Source: Eledone cirrhosa
Lineage: Eukaryota
Direction: 5' to 3'
DNA length: 64,000 nt
Assembly: GCA_964016885.1 (NCBI GenBank)
Contig: OZ024740.1
Location: 8,432,001 to 8,496,000 of the forward strand
This document shows positions 14,101 through 30,000 of the stretch, piece after piece. A program made the position numbers and the translations under genes. Under the pieces are notes generated by a model. The model was not told where the DNA came from and made no database searches. It worked only from the letters and a program-made list of their open reading frames with translations. Within the stretch, counting starts at the first letter, position 1. Every line of letters starts with the position of its first letter.

Positions 14101-17100
14101 GTTTCGATTGGTATGTCAGTTTCGATTGGTTTATCAGTTCCGATTGGTATGTAAGTTTTGATTGGTATGTCAGTTTCGATTGATATATCAGTTTCGATTG
14201 GTATATCAGTTTCTATTGGTATGTCAGTTTCTATTGGTATGTCAGTTTCTATTGGTATATCAGTTTCGATTGGTATATCAGTTTCGATTGATATATCAGT
14301 TTCGAATAGTATGACAGTTTCTACTGGTATGTCAGTTTCGATTAGTATATCAGTTTCTATTGGTATGTCAGTTTCTATTGGTATATCAGTTTCGATTGGT
14401 ATATCAGTTTCGATTAGTATGTCAGTTTCTATTAGTATGTTAGTTTCGATTAGTATATCAGTTTCTATTGGTATGTCAGTCTCGATCGGTATGTCAGTTT
14501 CGATTTGTATATCAGTTCCGATTGGTATATCAGTTTCGATTTGTATGTCAGTTTCGATTGGTATGTCAATTTCGATTGGTATATCAGTTTCTATTGGTAT
14601 ATCAGTTTCTAATGGTATGTCAATTTCTATTGGTATATCAGATTCGATTGGTATGTCACTTTCGATTAGTATGTCAGTTTCTATTGGTATGTCAGTTTTG
14701 ATTGGTATATCAGTTTCAATTGGTATGTCAGTTTCGATTGGTATGTCAGTTTCGATTGGTTTATCAGTTTCAATTGGTATGTAAGTTTTGATTGGTATGT
14801 CAGTTTCGATCGGGATGTCAGTTTCGATTGGTATATCAGTTTCTATTGGTATGTCAGTTTCGATTGGTATATCAATTTCGATTTGTATATCAGTTCCTAT
14901 TGCTATATCAGTTTCTATTGGTATGTCAGTTTCAATTGGTATGTAAGTTTCGATTGGTATATCAGTTTCGATTGGTATGTCAGTTTCGATTGGTATATCA
15001 GTTTCGATTGGTATGTCAATTTCAATTAGTATGTCAGTTTCTATTGCTATATGAGTTTCGATTGGTATGTCTGTTTCGATTAGTATATCAGTTTCTATAG
15101 GTATGTCAGTTTCTATTGTTATATCAGTTTCGATTGGTATATCTGTTTCGATTAGTATGTCAGTTTCTATTGGTATATCAGTTTCTATTGGTATGTCAAT
15201 TTCGATTGGTATATCAGTTTCTATTGGTATATCAGTTTCTAATGGTATGTCAATTTCTATTGGTATATCAGATTCGATTGGTATATCACTTTCGATTAGT
15301 ATGTCAGTTTCTATTGGTATGTCAGTTTTGATTTGTATATCAGTTTCAATTGGTATGTCAGTTTCGATTGGTATGTCAGTTTCGATTGGTTTATCAGTTT
15401 CAATTGGTATGTAAGTTTTGATTGGTATGTCAGTTTCGATCGGGATGTCAGTTTCGATTGGTATATCAGTTTCTATTGGTATGTCAGTTTCGATTGGTAT
15501 ATTAATTTCGATTTGTATATCAGTTCCTATTGCTATATCAGTTTCTATTGGTATGTCAGTTTCAATTGGTATGTAAGTTTCGATTGGTATATCAGTTTCG
15601 ATTGGTATGTCAGTTTCGATTGGTATATCAGTTTCGATTGGTATGTCAATTTCAATTAGTATGTCAGTTTCTATTGCTATATCAGTTTCGATTGGTATGT
15701 CAGTTTCGATTAGTATATCAGTTTCTATAGGTATGTCAGTTTCTATTGTTATATCAGTTTCGATTGGTATATCTGTTTCGATGGCATGTCAGTTTCGATT
15801 GGTATATCAGTTTCTATTGGTATATCAGTTTCGTTTGGTATGTCAGTTTCTATTGGTATGTCAATTTCGATTGGTATATAAGTTTAGATTACTATGTCAG
15901 TTTCTATTGGTATATCAGTTTCGATTGGTATATTAGTTTCGATTAGTATATCAGTTTCTATAGGTATGTTAGTTTCTATTGGTATATCAGTTTTGACTGG
16001 TATATCAGTTTCGATTAGTATGTCAGTTTCGATTGTTATGTCAGTTTCGATTTGTATATCAGTTCCGATTGGTAAGTCAGTCTCGATTGGTATGTCAGTT
16101 TCGATTGGTATATCAGTTTAGATTGGTATGTCGGTTTCGATTGGTATGTCAGTTTCGATTAGTATATCAGTTTATATTGGTATCTCAGTTTCTATTGTTA
16201 TATCACTTTCTATTGGTATGTCAGTTTCGATAGGTATGTCAGTTTCTATTGGTATATCAATTTCGATTTGTATGTAAGTTTCTATTGGTATGTCAGTTTC
16301 GATTGGTATATCAGTTTCGATTGGTATGTCAGTTTCAATTGTTATATCAGTTTCTATTTGTATGTCAATTAGGATAGGTATGTCAGTTTCTATTGGTATA
16401 TCAGTTTCGATTAGTATGTCAGTTTCTATTGGTATATCAGTTTCTATTGGTATGTCAGTTTTGAGTGGTATATCAGTTTCGATTGGTATGTTAGTTTCAA
16501 TTGGTATGTCAGTTTCGATTGTTATGTCAGTTTCTATTGGTATATCAGTTTCGATTGGTATATCAGTTTCGATTAGTATGTCAGTTTCGATTATTATGTC
16601 AGTTTCGATTTGTATATCAGTTCCGATTGGTATGTCAGTCTCGATTGGTATGTCAGTTTCGATTGGTATATCAGTTTCGATTGGTATGTCGGTTTCGATT
16701 GGTATGTCAGTTTCGATTAGTATATCAGTTTATATTGGTATATCAGTTTCGATTGGTATGTAAGTTTCTATTGGTATGTCAGTTTCGATTGGTATATCAG
16801 TTTCGATTGGTATGTCAGTTTCAATTGTTATATCAGTTTCTATTTGTATGTCAATTAGGATAGGTATGTCAGTTTCTATTGGTATATCAGTTTCGATTGG
16901 TATATCAGTTTCGATTGGTATATCAGTTTCTATTGGTATGTCAGTTTCTATTGGTATATCAGTTTCGATTGGTATATCAGTTTCGATTGATATATCAGTT
17001 TTGAATATTATGTCAGTTTCTACTGGTATGTCAGTTTCGATTGGTATATCAGTTCCGATTGGTATGTCAGTTTCGATTGGTATGTCAGTTTCGATTGGTA

Positions 17101-20100
17101 TATCAGTTTCGATTGGTATGTAAGTTTCGATTGGTATGTCAATTTCAATTGGTATATCAGTTTCTATTGGTATGTCAGTTTCGAGTGGTATGTCAGTTTC
17201 TATTGGTATATAAGTTTCGATTGATATATCAGTTTCGATTAGTATATCAGTTTCTATTGGTATGTCAGTTTTGATTGGTATATCAGTTTCGATTGGTATG
17301 TCAGTTTCGATTGGTATGTCAGTTTCGATTGGTATGTCAGTTTCGATTGGTATGTCAATTTCGATGTGTATATCAATTTCTATTAGTATGTTAGTTTCTA
17401 TTGGAATATCAGTTTCGATTGGTATATCTGTTTCGATTAGTATGTCAGTTTCTATTTGTATGTTAGTTTCGATTGGTATATCAGTTTCTATTGGTATGTC
17501 AGTTTCGATCGGTATGTCAGTTTCTATTGATATATCAGTTTCGATTGGCATATCACTTTCGATTGGTATATCAGTTTCTATTGGTATGTCAGTTTCTATT
17601 GGTATATCAGTTTCTATTGGTATGTCAGTTTTGATTGGTATATCAGTTTCGATTGGTATGTCAGTTTCGATTGGTATGTCAGTTTCGATTGGTATATCAG
17701 TTTCGATTGGTATGTCAGTTTCGATCGGTATGTCAATTTCGATTGGTATATCAGTTTCGATTTGTATATCAGTTCCTATTGCTATATCTCTTTCTATTGG
17801 TATGTCAGTTTCAATTGGTATGTCAGTTTCGATTGGTATGTCAGTTTCGATTGGTTTATCAGTTCCGATTGGTATGTAAGTTTTGATTGGTATGTCAGTT
17901 TCGATTGATATATCAGTTTCGATTGGTATATCAGTTTCTATTGGTATGTCAGTTTCTATTGGTATGTCAGTTTCTATTGGTATATTAGTTTCGATTAGTA
18001 TATCAGTTTCTATAGGTATGTTAGTTTCTATTGGTATATCAGTTTTGACTGGTATATCAGTTTCGATTAGTATGTCAGTTTCGATTGTTATGTCAGTTTC
18101 GATTTGTATATCAGTTCCGATTGGTAAGTCAGTCTCGATTGGTATGTCAGTTTCGATTGGTATATCAGTTTAGATTGGTATGTCGGTTTCGATTGGTTTG
18201 TCAGTTTCGATTAGTATATCAGTTTATATTGGTATCTCAGTTTCTATTGTTATATCACTTTCTATTGGTATGTCAGTTTCGATAGGTATGTCAGTTTCTA
18301 TTGGTATATCAATTTCGATTTGTATGTAAGTTTATATTGGTATGTCAGTTTCGATTGGTATATCAGTTTCGATTGGTATGTCAGTTTCAATTGTTATATC
18401 AGTTTCTATTTGTATGTCAATTAGGATAGGTATGTCAGTTTCTATTGGTATATCAGTTTCGATTAGTATGTCAGTTTCTATTGGTATATCAGTTTCTATT
18501 GGTATGTCAGTTTTGAGTGGTATATCAGTTTCGATTGGTATGTTAGTTTCAATTGGTATGTCAGTTTCGATTGTTATGTCAGTTTCTATTGGTATATCAG
18601 TTTCGATTGGTATATCAGTTTCGATTAGTATGTCAGTTTCGATTATTATGTCAGTTTCGATTTGTATATCAGTTCCGATTGGTATGTCAGTCTCGATTGG
18701 TATGTCAGTTTCGATTGGTATATCAGTTTCGATTGGTATGTCGGTTTCGATTGGTATGTCAGTTTCGATTAGTATATCAGTTTATATTGGTATATCAGTT
18801 TCGATTGGTATGTAAGTTTCTATTGGTATGTCAGTTTCGATTGGTATATCAGTTTCGATTGGTATGTCAGTTTCAATTGTTATATCAGTTTCTATTTGTA
18901 TGTCAATTAGGATAGGTATGTCAGTTTCTATTGGTATATCAGTTTCGATTGGTATATCAGTTTCGATTGGTATATCAGTTTCTATTGGTATGTCAGTTTC
19001 TATTGGTATATCAGTTTCGATTGGTATATCAGTTTCGATTGATATATCAGTTTTGAATATTATGTCAGTTTCTACTGGTATGTCAGTTTCGATTGGTATA
19101 TCAGTTCCGATTGGTATGTCAGTTTCGATTGGTATGTCAGTTTCGATTGGTATATCAGTTTCGATTGGTATGTAAGTTTCGATTGGTATGTCAATTTCAA
19201 TTGGTATATCAGTTTCTATTGGTATGTCAGTTTCTAGTGGTATGTCAGTTTCTATTGGTATATAAGTTTCGATTGATATATCAGTTTCGATTAGTATATC
19301 AGTTTCTATTGGTATGTCAGTTTTGATTGGTATATCAGTTTCGATTGGTATGTCAGTTTCGATTGGTATGTCAGTTTCGATTGGTATGTCAGTTTCGATT
19401 GGTATGTCAATTTCGATGTGTATATCAATTTCTATTAGTATGTTAGTTTCTATTGGAATATCAGTTTCGATTGGTATATCTGTTTCGATTAGTATGTCAG
19501 TTTCTATTTGTATGTTAGTTTCGATTGGTATATCAGTTTCTATTGGTATGTCAGTTTCGATCGGTATGTCAGTTTCTATTGATATATCAGTTTCGATTGG
19601 CATATCACTTTCGATTGGTATATCAGTTTCTATTGGTATGTCAGTTTCTATTGGTATATCAGTTTCTATTGGTATGTCAGTTTTGATTGGTATATCAGTT
19701 TCGATTGGTATGTCAGTTTCGATTGGTATGTCAGTTTCGATTGGTATATCAGTTTCGATTGGTATGTCAGTTTCGATCGGTATGTCAATTTCGATTGGTA
19801 TATCAGTTTCGATTTGTATATCAGTTCCTATTGCTATATCTCTTTCTATTGGTATGTCAGTTTCAATTGGTATGTCAGTTTCGATTGGTATGTCAGTTTC
19901 GATTGGTTTATCAGTTCCGATTGGTATGTAAGTTTTGATTGGTATGTCAGTTTCGATTGATATATCAGTTTCGATTGGTATATCAGTTTCTATTGGTATG
20001 TCAGTTTCTATTGGTATGTCAGTTTCTATTGGTATATCAGTTTCGATTGGTATATCAGTTTCGATTGATATATCAGTTTCGAATAGTATGACAGTTTCTA

Positions 20101-21400
20101 CTGGTATGTCAGTTTCGATTAGTATATCAGTTTCTATTGGTATGTCAGTTTCTATTGGTATATCAGTTTCGATTGGTATATCAGTTTCGATTAGTATGTC
20201 AGTTTCTATTAGTATGTTAGTTTCGATTAGTATATCAGTTTCTATTGGTATGTCAGTCTCGATCGGTATGTCAGTTTCGATTTGTATATCAGTTCCGATT
20301 GGTATATCAGTTTCGATTTGTATGTCAGTTTCGATTGGTATGTCAATTTCGATTGGTATATCAGTTTCTATTGGTATATCAGTTTCTAATGGTATGTCAA
20401 TTTCTATTGGTATATCAGATTCGATTGGTATGTCACTTTCGATTAGTATGTCAGTTTCTATTGGTATGTCAGTTTTGATTGGTATATCAGTTTCAATTGG
20501 TATGTCAGTTTCGATTGGTATGTCAGTTTCGATTGGTTTATCAGTTTCAATTGGTATGTAAGTTTTGATTGGTATGTCAGTTTCGATCGGGATGTCAGTT
20601 TCGATTGGTATATCAGTTTCTATTGGTATGTCAGTTTCGATTGGTATATCAATTTCGATTTGTATATCAGTTCCTATTGCTATATCAGTTTCTATTGGTA
20701 TGTCAGTTTCAATCGGTATGTAAGTTTCGATTGGTATATCAGTTTCGATTGGTATGTCAGTTTCGATTGGTATATCAGTTTCTATAGGTATGTCAGTTTC
20801 TATTGTTATATCAGTTTCGATTGGTATATCTGTTTCGATTAGTATGTCAGTTTCTATTGGTATATCAGTTTCTATTGGTATGTTAGTTTCGATTGGTATG
20901 TCAATTTCGATTGGTATATAAGTTTAGATTACTATGTCAGTTTCTATTGGTATATCAGTTTCGATTGGTATATTAGTTTCGATTAGTATATCAGTTTCTA
21001 TAGGTATGTTAGTTTCTATTGGTATATCAGTTTTGACTGGTATATCAGTTTCGATTAGTATGTCAGTTTCGATTGTTTTGTCAGTTTCGATTTGTATATC
21101 AGTTCCGATTGGTAAGTCAGTCTCGATTGGTATGTCAGTTTCGATTGGTATATCAGTTTAGATTGGTATGTCGGTTTCGATTGGTATGTCAGTTACGATT
21201 AGTATATCAGTTTATATTGGTATCTCAGTTTCTATTGTTATATCACTTTCTATTGGTATGTCAGTTTCGATAGGTATGTCAGTTTCTATTGGTATATCAG
21301 TTTCGATTGGTATGTAAGTTTCTATTGGTATGTCAGTTTCGATTGGTATATCAGTTTCGATTGGTATGTCAGTTTCAATTGTTATATCAGTTTCTATTTG
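11200..21400. repeat. Higher-order repeat block with periods of 3689-3725 bp and 2052 bp (114 monomers)
   Basis: ORF offsets 11918/15607 (3689), 12565/16290/18342 and 13537/17262/19314 (3725 then 2052), 14158/19935 (5777). Shared markers include ttttgaatatt, ggcatatcact and tatctcttt. Boundaries are approximate. Confidence 0.85.
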
Positions 21401-24099
21401 TATGTCAATTAGGATAGGTATGTCAGTTTCTATTGGTATATCAGTTTCGATTAGTATGTCAGTTTCTATTGGTATATCAGTTTCTATTGGTATGTTAGTT
21501 TCGATTGGTATGTCAGTTTCTATTGGTATGTTAGTTTCGATTGGTATGTCAGTTTCGATTGGTATGTCAGTTTCGATTGGTATGTCAATTTCGATTGTAT
21601 ATCAGTTTCTATTAGTATGTTAGTTTCTATTGGAATATCAGTTTCGATAGGTATATCTGTTTCGATTAGTATGTCAGTTTCTATTTGTATGTTTGTTTCG
21701 ATTAGTATATCAGTTTCTATTGGTATGTCAGTTTCGATCGGTATGTCAGTTTCAATTGATATATCAGTTTCGATTGGTATATCAGTTTCGATTGGTATAT
21801 CAGTTTCTATTGGTATGTCAGTTTCTATTGGTATATCAGTTTCTATTGGTATGTCAGTTTCTATTGGTATATCAGTTTCGATTGGTATATCAGTTTCGAT
21901 TAGTATGTCAGTTTCGATTATTATGTCAGTTTCGATTTGTATATCAGTTCCGATTGGTATGTCAGTGTCGATTGGTATGTCAGTTTCGATTTGTATATCA
22001 GTTCCGATTGGTATGTCAGTCTCGATTGGTATGTCGGTTTCGATTGGTATGTCAGTTTCGATTAGTATATCAGTTTATATTGGTATATCAGTTTCGATTG
22101 GTATGTAAGTTTCTATTGGTATGTCAGTTTCGATTGGTATATCAGTTTCGATTGGTATGTCAGTTTCAATTGTTATATCAGTTTCTATTTGTATGTCAAT
22201 TAGGATAGGTATGTCAGTTTCTATTGGTATATCAGTTTCGATTGGTATATCAGTTTCGATTGGTATATCAGTTTCTATTGGTATGTCAGTTTCTATTGGT
22301 ATATAAATTTCTATTGGTATGTCAGTTTCGATTGGTATGTCAGTTTCGATTGGTATATCAGTTCCGATTGGTATGTCAGTTTCGATTGGTATGTCAGTTT
22401 CGATTGGTATATCAGTTTCGATTGGTATGTAAGTTTCGATTGGTATGTCAATTTCAATTGGTATATCAGTTTCTATTGGTATGTCAGTTTCGAGTGGTAT
22501 GTCAGTTTCTATTGGTATATAAGTTTCGATTGATATATCAGTCTCGATTAGTATGTCAGTTTCTACTGGTATGTCAGTAACGATATTAGTATATCAGTTT
22601 CTATTAGTATGTCAGTTTCGATTGGTATATCAGTTTCGATTTGTATATCAGTTTCGATTGGTATATCAGTTTCTATTGGTATGTCAGTTTCTATTGGTAT
22701 ATCAGTTTCGATTGGTATATCAGTTTCGATTGATATATCAGTTTCGAATAGTATGTCAGTTTCTATTGGTATGTCAGTTTCGATTAGTATATCAGTTTCT
22801 ATTGGTATGTCAGTTTCGATTGGTATATCAGTTTCGATTTGTATATCAGTTCCTATAGCTATATCAGTTTCTATTGGTATGTCAGTTTCAATTGGTATGT
22901 AAGTTTCGATTGATGTATCAGTTTCGATTGGTATGTCAGTTTCGATTGGTATATTAGTTTCGATTGGTATGTCAATTTCAATTAGTATATCAGTTTCTAT
23001 TGGTATATCAGCTTCGATTTGTATGTCAGTTTCGATTAGTATATCAGTTTCTATAGGTATGTCAATTTCGATTGGTATATCAGTTTCTATTGGTATATCA
23101 GTTTCGATTGATATATCAGTTTCGATTAGTATGTCAGTTTCTACTGGTATGTCAGTTTCGATTAGTATATCAGTTTCTATTGGTATGTCAGTTTCTATTG
23201 GTATATCAGTTTCGATTGGTATATCAGTTTCGATTAGTATGTCAGTTTCTATTGGAATGTTATTTTCGATTAGTATATCAGTTTCTATTGGTATGTCAGT
23301 TTCGATTGGTATGTCAGTTTCTATTGGTATATCAGTTTCTATGGGTATGTCAGTTTTGATTGGTATATCAGTTTCGGTTGGTATGTCAGTTTCGATTGGT
23401 ATGTCAGTTTCGATTGGTATATCAGTTCCGATTGGTATGTCAGTTTCGATTGTTATGTCAGTTTCGATTGGTATGTCAATTTCGATTGGTATATCAGTTT
23501 CTAATGGTATGTCAGTTTCAAGTGGTATGTCAGTTTCTATTGATATATCAGTTTCGATTAGTATGTCAGTTTCTACTGGTATGTCAGTTTCGATTAGTAT
23601 ATCAGTTTCTAATGGTATGTCAGTTTCTATTGGTATATCAGATTCGATTGGTATATCACTTTCGATTAGTATATCAGTTTCTATTGGTATGTCAGTTTTG
23701 ATTGGTATATCAGTTTCGATTGATATGTCAGTTTCGATTGGTATGTCAGTTTCGATTGGTATATCAGTTCCGATTGGTATGTCAGTTTCGATTGGTATGT
23801 CAGTTTCGATTGGTATATCAGTTTCGATTGGTATGTAAGTTTCGATTGGTATGTCAATTTCAATTGGTATATCAGTTTCTATTGGTATGTCAGTTTCGAG
23901 TGGTATGTCAGTTACTATTGGTATATAAGTTTCAATTGATATATCAGTTTCGATTAGTATGTCAGTTTCTACTGGTATGTCAGTTTCGTTATTAGTATAT
24001 CAGTTTCTATTAGTATGTCAGTTTCGATTGGTATATCAGTTTCGATTTGTATATCAGTTCCTATTACTATATCTGTTTCTATTGGTATGTCAGTTTCGA

Positions 24100-27000
24100 T
24101 TGGTATGTCAGTTTCTATTGGTATATCAGTTTCGATTGGTATATCAGTTTCGATTGATATATCAGTTTCGAATATTATGTCAGTTTCTACTGGTATGTCA
24201 GTTTCGATTGGTATATCAGTTCCGATTGGTATGTCAGTTTCGATTGGTATGTCAGTTTCGATTGGTATATCAGTTTCGATTGGTATGTAAGTTTCGATTA
24301 GTATGTCAATTTTAATTGGTATATCAGTTTCTATTGGTATGTCAGTTTCGTGTGGTATGTCAGTTTCTATTGGTATATAAGTTTCGATTGATATATCAGT
24401 TTCGATTAGTATATCAGTTTCTATTGGTATGTCAGTTTTGATTGGTATATCAGTTTCGATTGGTATGTCAGTTTCGATTGGTATGTCAGTTTCGATTGGT
24501 ATGTCAGTTTCGATTGGTATGTCAATTTCGATGTGTATATCAGTTTCTATTAGTATGTTAGTTTCTATTGGAATATCAGTTTCGATTGGTATATCTGTTT
24601 CGATTAGTATGTCAGTTTCTATTTGTATGTTAGTTTCGATTGGTATATCAGTTTCTATTGGTATGTCAGTTTCGATCGGTATGTCAGTTTCTATTGATAT
24701 ATCAGTTTCGATTGGTATATCAGTTTCGATTGGTATATCAGTTTCTATTGGTATGTCAGTTTCTATTGGTATATCAGTTTCTATTGGTATGTCAGTTTTG
24801 ATTGGTATATCAGTTTCGATTGGTATGTCAGTTTCGATTGGTATGTCAGTTTCGATTGGTATATCAGTTTCGATTGGTATGTCAGTTTCGATCGGTATGT
24901 CAATTTCGATTGGTATATCAGTTTCGATTTGTATATCAGTTCCTATTGCTATATCTGTTTCTATTGGTATGTCAGTTTCTAATGGTATGTCAGTTTCGAT
25001 TGGTATGTCAGTTTCGATTGGTTTATCAGTTCCGATTGGTATGTAAGTTTTGATTGGTATGTCAGTTTCGATTGGTATATCAGTTTTGATTGGTATATCA
25101 GTTTCTATTGGTATGTCAGTTTCTATTGGTATGTCAGTTTCTATTGGTATATCAGTTTCGATTGGTATATCAGTTTCGATTGATATATCAGTTTCGAATA
25201 TTATGTCAGTTTCTACTGGTATGTCAGTTTCGATTGGTATATCAGTTCCGATTGGTATGTCAGTTTCGATTGGTATGTCAGTTTCGATTGGTGTATCAGT
25301 TTCGATTGGTATGTAAGTTTCGATTGGTATGTCAATTTCAATTGGTATATCAGTTTCTATTGGTATGTCAGTTTCGAGTGGTATGTCAGTTTCTATTGGT
25401 ATATAAGTTTCGATTGATATATCAGTTTCGATTAGTATATCAGTTTCTATTGGTATGTCAGTTTTGATTGGTATATCAGTTTCGATTGGTATGTCAGTTT
25501 CGATTGGTATGTCAGTTTCGATTGGTATGTCAGTTTCGATTGGTATGTCAATTTCGATGTGTATATCAGTTTCTATTAGTATGTTAGTTTCTATTGGAAT
25601 ATCAGTTTCGATTGGTATATCTGTTTCGATTAGTATGTCAGTTTCTATTTGTATGTTAGTTTCGATTGGTATATCAGTTTCTATTGGTATGTCAGTTTCG
25701 ATCGGTATGTCAGTTTCTATTGATATATCAGTTTCGATTGGTATATCAGTTTCGATTGGTATATCAGTTTCTATTGGTATGTCAGTTTCTATTGGTATAT
25801 CAGTTTCTATTGGTATGTCAGTTTTGATTGGTATATCAGTTTCGATTGGTATGTCAGTTTCGATTGGTATGTCAGTTTCGATTGGTATATCAGTTTCGAT
25901 TGGTATGTCAGTTTCGATCGGTATGTCAATTTTGATTGGTATATCAGTTTCGATTTGTATATCAGTTCCTATTGCTATATCTGTTTCTATTGGTATGTCA
26001 GTTTCAATTGGTATGTCAGTTTCGATTGGTATGTCAGTTTCGATTGGTTTATCAGTTCCGATTGGTATGTAAGTTTTGATTGGTATGTCAGTTTCGATTG
26101 ATATATCAGTTTCGATTGGTATATCAGTTTCTATTGGTATGTCAGTTTCTATTGGTATGTCCGTTTCTATTGGTATATCAGTTTCGATTGGTATATCTGT
26201 TTCGATTGATATATCAGTTTCGAATAGTATGACAGTTTCTACTGGTATGTCAGTTTCGATTAGTATATCAGTTTCTATTGGTATGTCAGTTTCTATTGGT
26301 ATATCAGTTTCGATTGGTATATCAGTTTCGATTAGTATGTCAGTTTCTATTAGTATGTTAGTTTCGATTAGTATATCAGTTTCTATTGGTATGTCAGTCT
26401 CGATCGGTATGTCAGTTTCTATTGGTATATCAGTTTCTATTGGTATGTCAGTTTTGATTGGTATATCAGTTTCGATTGGTATGTCAGTTTCGATTGGTAT
26501 GTCAGTTTCGATTTGTATATCAGTTCCGATTGGTATATCAGTTTCGATTTGTATGTCAGTTTCGATTGGTATGTCAATTTCGATTGGTATATCAGTTTCT
26601 ATTGGTATATCAGTTTCTAATGGTATGTCAATTTCTATTGGTATATCAGATTCGATTGGTATATCACTTTCGATTAGTATGTCAGTTTCTATTGGTATGT
26701 CAGTTTTGATTGGTATATCAGTTTCAATTGGTATGTCAGTTTCGATTGGTATGTCAGTTTCGATTGGTTTATCAGTTTCAATTGGTATGTAAGTTTTGAT
26801 TGGTATGTCAGTTTCGATCGGGATGTCAGTTTCGATTGGTATATCATTTTCTATTGGTATGTCAGTTTCGATTGGTATATCAATTTCGATTTGTATATCA
26901 GTTCCTATTGCTATATCAGTTTCTATTGGTATGTCAGTTTCAATTGGTATGTAAGTTTCGATTGGTATATCAGTTTCGATTGGTATGTCAATTTCAATTA

Positions 27001-30000
27001 GTATGTCAGTTTCTATTGCTATATCAGTTTCGATTGGTATGTCAGTTTCGATTAGTATATCAGTTTCTATAGGTATGTCAGTTTCTATTGTTATATCAGT
27101 TTCGATTGGTATATCTGTTTCGATGGCATGTCAGTTTCGATTGGTATATCAGTTTCTATTGGTATATCAGTTTCGATTGGTATGTCAGTTTCTATTGGTA
27201 TGTCAATTTCGATTGGTATATAAGTTTAGATTACTATGTCAGTTTCTATTGGTATATCAGTTTCGATTGGTATATTAGTTTCGATTAGTATATCAGTTTC
27301 TATAGGTATGTTAGTTTCTATTGGTATATCAGTTTTGACTGGTATATCAGTTTCGATTAGTATGTCAGTTTCGATTGTTATGTCAGTTTCGATTTGTATA
27401 TCAGTTCCGATTGGTAAGTCAGTCTCGATTGGTATGTCAGTTTCGATTGGTATATCAGTTTAGATTGGTATCTCAGTTTCTATTGTTATATCAGTTTCTA
27501 TTTGTATGTCAATTAGGATAGGTATATCAGTTTCTATTGGTATATCAGTTTCGATTAGTATGTCAGTTTCTATTGGTATATCAGTTTCTATTGGTATGTC
27601 AGTTTTGAGTGGTATATCAGTTTCGATTGGTATGTTAGTTTCGATTGGTATGTCAGTTTCGATTGGTATGTCAGTTTCGATTGGTATGTCAGTTTCGATT
27701 GGTATGTCAATTTCGATGTGTATATCAGTTTCTATTAGTATGTTAGTTTCTATTGGAATATCAGTTTCGATTGGTATATCTGTTTCGATTAGTATGTCAG
27801 TTTCTATTTGTATGTTTGTTTCGATTAGTATATCAGTTTCTATTGGTATGTCAGTTTCGATCGGTATGTCAGTTTCAATTGATATATCAGTTTCGATTGG
27901 TATATCAGTTTCGATTGGTATATCAGTTTTTATTGGTATGTCAGTTTCTATTGGTATATCAGTTTCGATTGGTATATCAGTTTCGATTAGTATGTCAGTT
28001 TCGATTATTATGTCAGTTTCGATTTGTATATCAGTTCCGATTGGTATGTCAGTTTCGATTGGTTATGTCAGTTTCGATTGGTATATCAGTTTCGATTGGT
28101 ATGTCGGTTTCGATTGGTATGTCAGTTTCGATTAGTATATCAGTTTCGATTGGTATGTCAGTTTCGATTGGTATATCAGTTTCGATTGGTATGTCAGTTT
28201 CAATTGTTATATCAGTTTCTATTTGTATGTCAATTAGGATAGGTATATCAGTTTCTATTGGTACATCAGTTTCGATTGGTATATCAGTTTCGATTGGTAT
28301 ATCAGTTTCTATTGGTATGTCTGTTTCTATTGGTATATCAGTTTCTATTGGTATGTCAGTTTTGATTGGTATATCAGTTTCGATTGGTATGTCAGTTTCG
28401 ATTGGTATGTCAGTTTCGATTGGTATATCAGTTCCGATTGGTATGTCAGTTTCGATTGGTATATCAGTTTCGATTGGTTTATCAGTTCCGATTGTTATGT
28501 AAGTTTTGATTGGTATGTCAGTTTCGATTGGTATATCAGTTTTGATTGGTATATCAGTTTCTATTGGTATGTCAGTTTCTATTGGTATGTCAGTTTCTAT
28601 TGGTATATCAGTTTCGATTGGTATATCAGTTTCGATTGATATATCAGTTTCGAATATTATGTCAGTTTCTACTGGTATGTCAGTTTCGATTGGTATATCA
28701 GTTCCGATTGGTATGTCAGTTTCGATTGGTATGTCAGTTTCGATTGGTATATCAGTTTCGATTGGTATGTAAGTTTCGATTAGTATGTCAATTTTAATTG
28801 GTATATCAGTTTCTATTGGTATGTCAGTTTCGAGTGGTATGTCAGTTTCTATTGGTATATAAGTTTCGATTGATATATCAGTTTCGATTAGTATATCAGT
28901 TTCTATTGGTATGTCAGTTTTGATTGGTATATCAGTTTCGATTGGTATGTCAGTTTCGATTGGTATGTCAGTTTCGATTGGTATGTCAGTTTCGATTGGT
29001 ATGTCAATTTCGATGTGTATATCAGTTTCTATTAGTATGTTAGTTTCTATTGGAATATCAGTTTCGATTGGTATATCTGTTTCGATTAGTATGTCAGTTT
29101 CTATTTGTATGTTAGTTTCGATTGGTATATCAGTTTCTATTGGTATGTCAGTCTCGATCGGTATGTCAGTTTCTATTGGTATATCAGTTTCTATTGGTAT
29201 GTCAGTTTTGATTGGTATATCAGTTTCGATTGGTATGTCAGTTTCGATTGGTATGTCAGTTTCGATTTGTATATCAGTTCCGATTGGTATATCAGTTTCG
29301 ATTTGTATGTCAGTTTCGATTGGTATGTCAATTTCGATTGGTATATCAGTTTCTATTGGTATATCAGTTTCTAATGGTATGTCAATTTCTATTGGTATAT
29401 CAGATTCGATTGGTATATCACTTTCGATTAGTATGTCAGTTTCTATTGGTATGTCAGTTTTGATTGGTATATCAGTTTCAATTGGTATGTCAGTTTCGAT
29501 TGGTATGTCAGTTTCGATTGGTTTATCAGTTTCAATTGGTATGTAAGTTTTGATTGGTATGTCAGTTTCGATCGGGATGTCAGTTTCGATTGGTATATCA
29601 TTTTCTATTGGTATGTCAGTTTCGATTGGTATATCAATTTCGATTTGTATATCAGTTCCTATTGCTATATCAGTTTCTATTGGTATGTCAGTTTCAATTG
29701 GTATGTAAGTTTCGATTGGTATATCAGTTTCGATTGGTATGTCAATTTCAATTAGTATGTCAGTTTCTATTGCTATATCAGTTTCGATTGGTATGTCAGT
29801 TTCGATTAGTATATCAGTTTCTATAGGTATGTCAGTTTCTATTGTTATATCAGTTTCGATTGGTATATCTGTTTCGATGGCATGTCAGTTTCGATTGGTA
29901 TATCAGTTTCTATTGGTATATCAGTTTCGATTGGTATGTCAGTTTCTATTGGTATGTCAATTTCGATTGGTATATAAGTTTAGATTACTATGTCAGTTTC

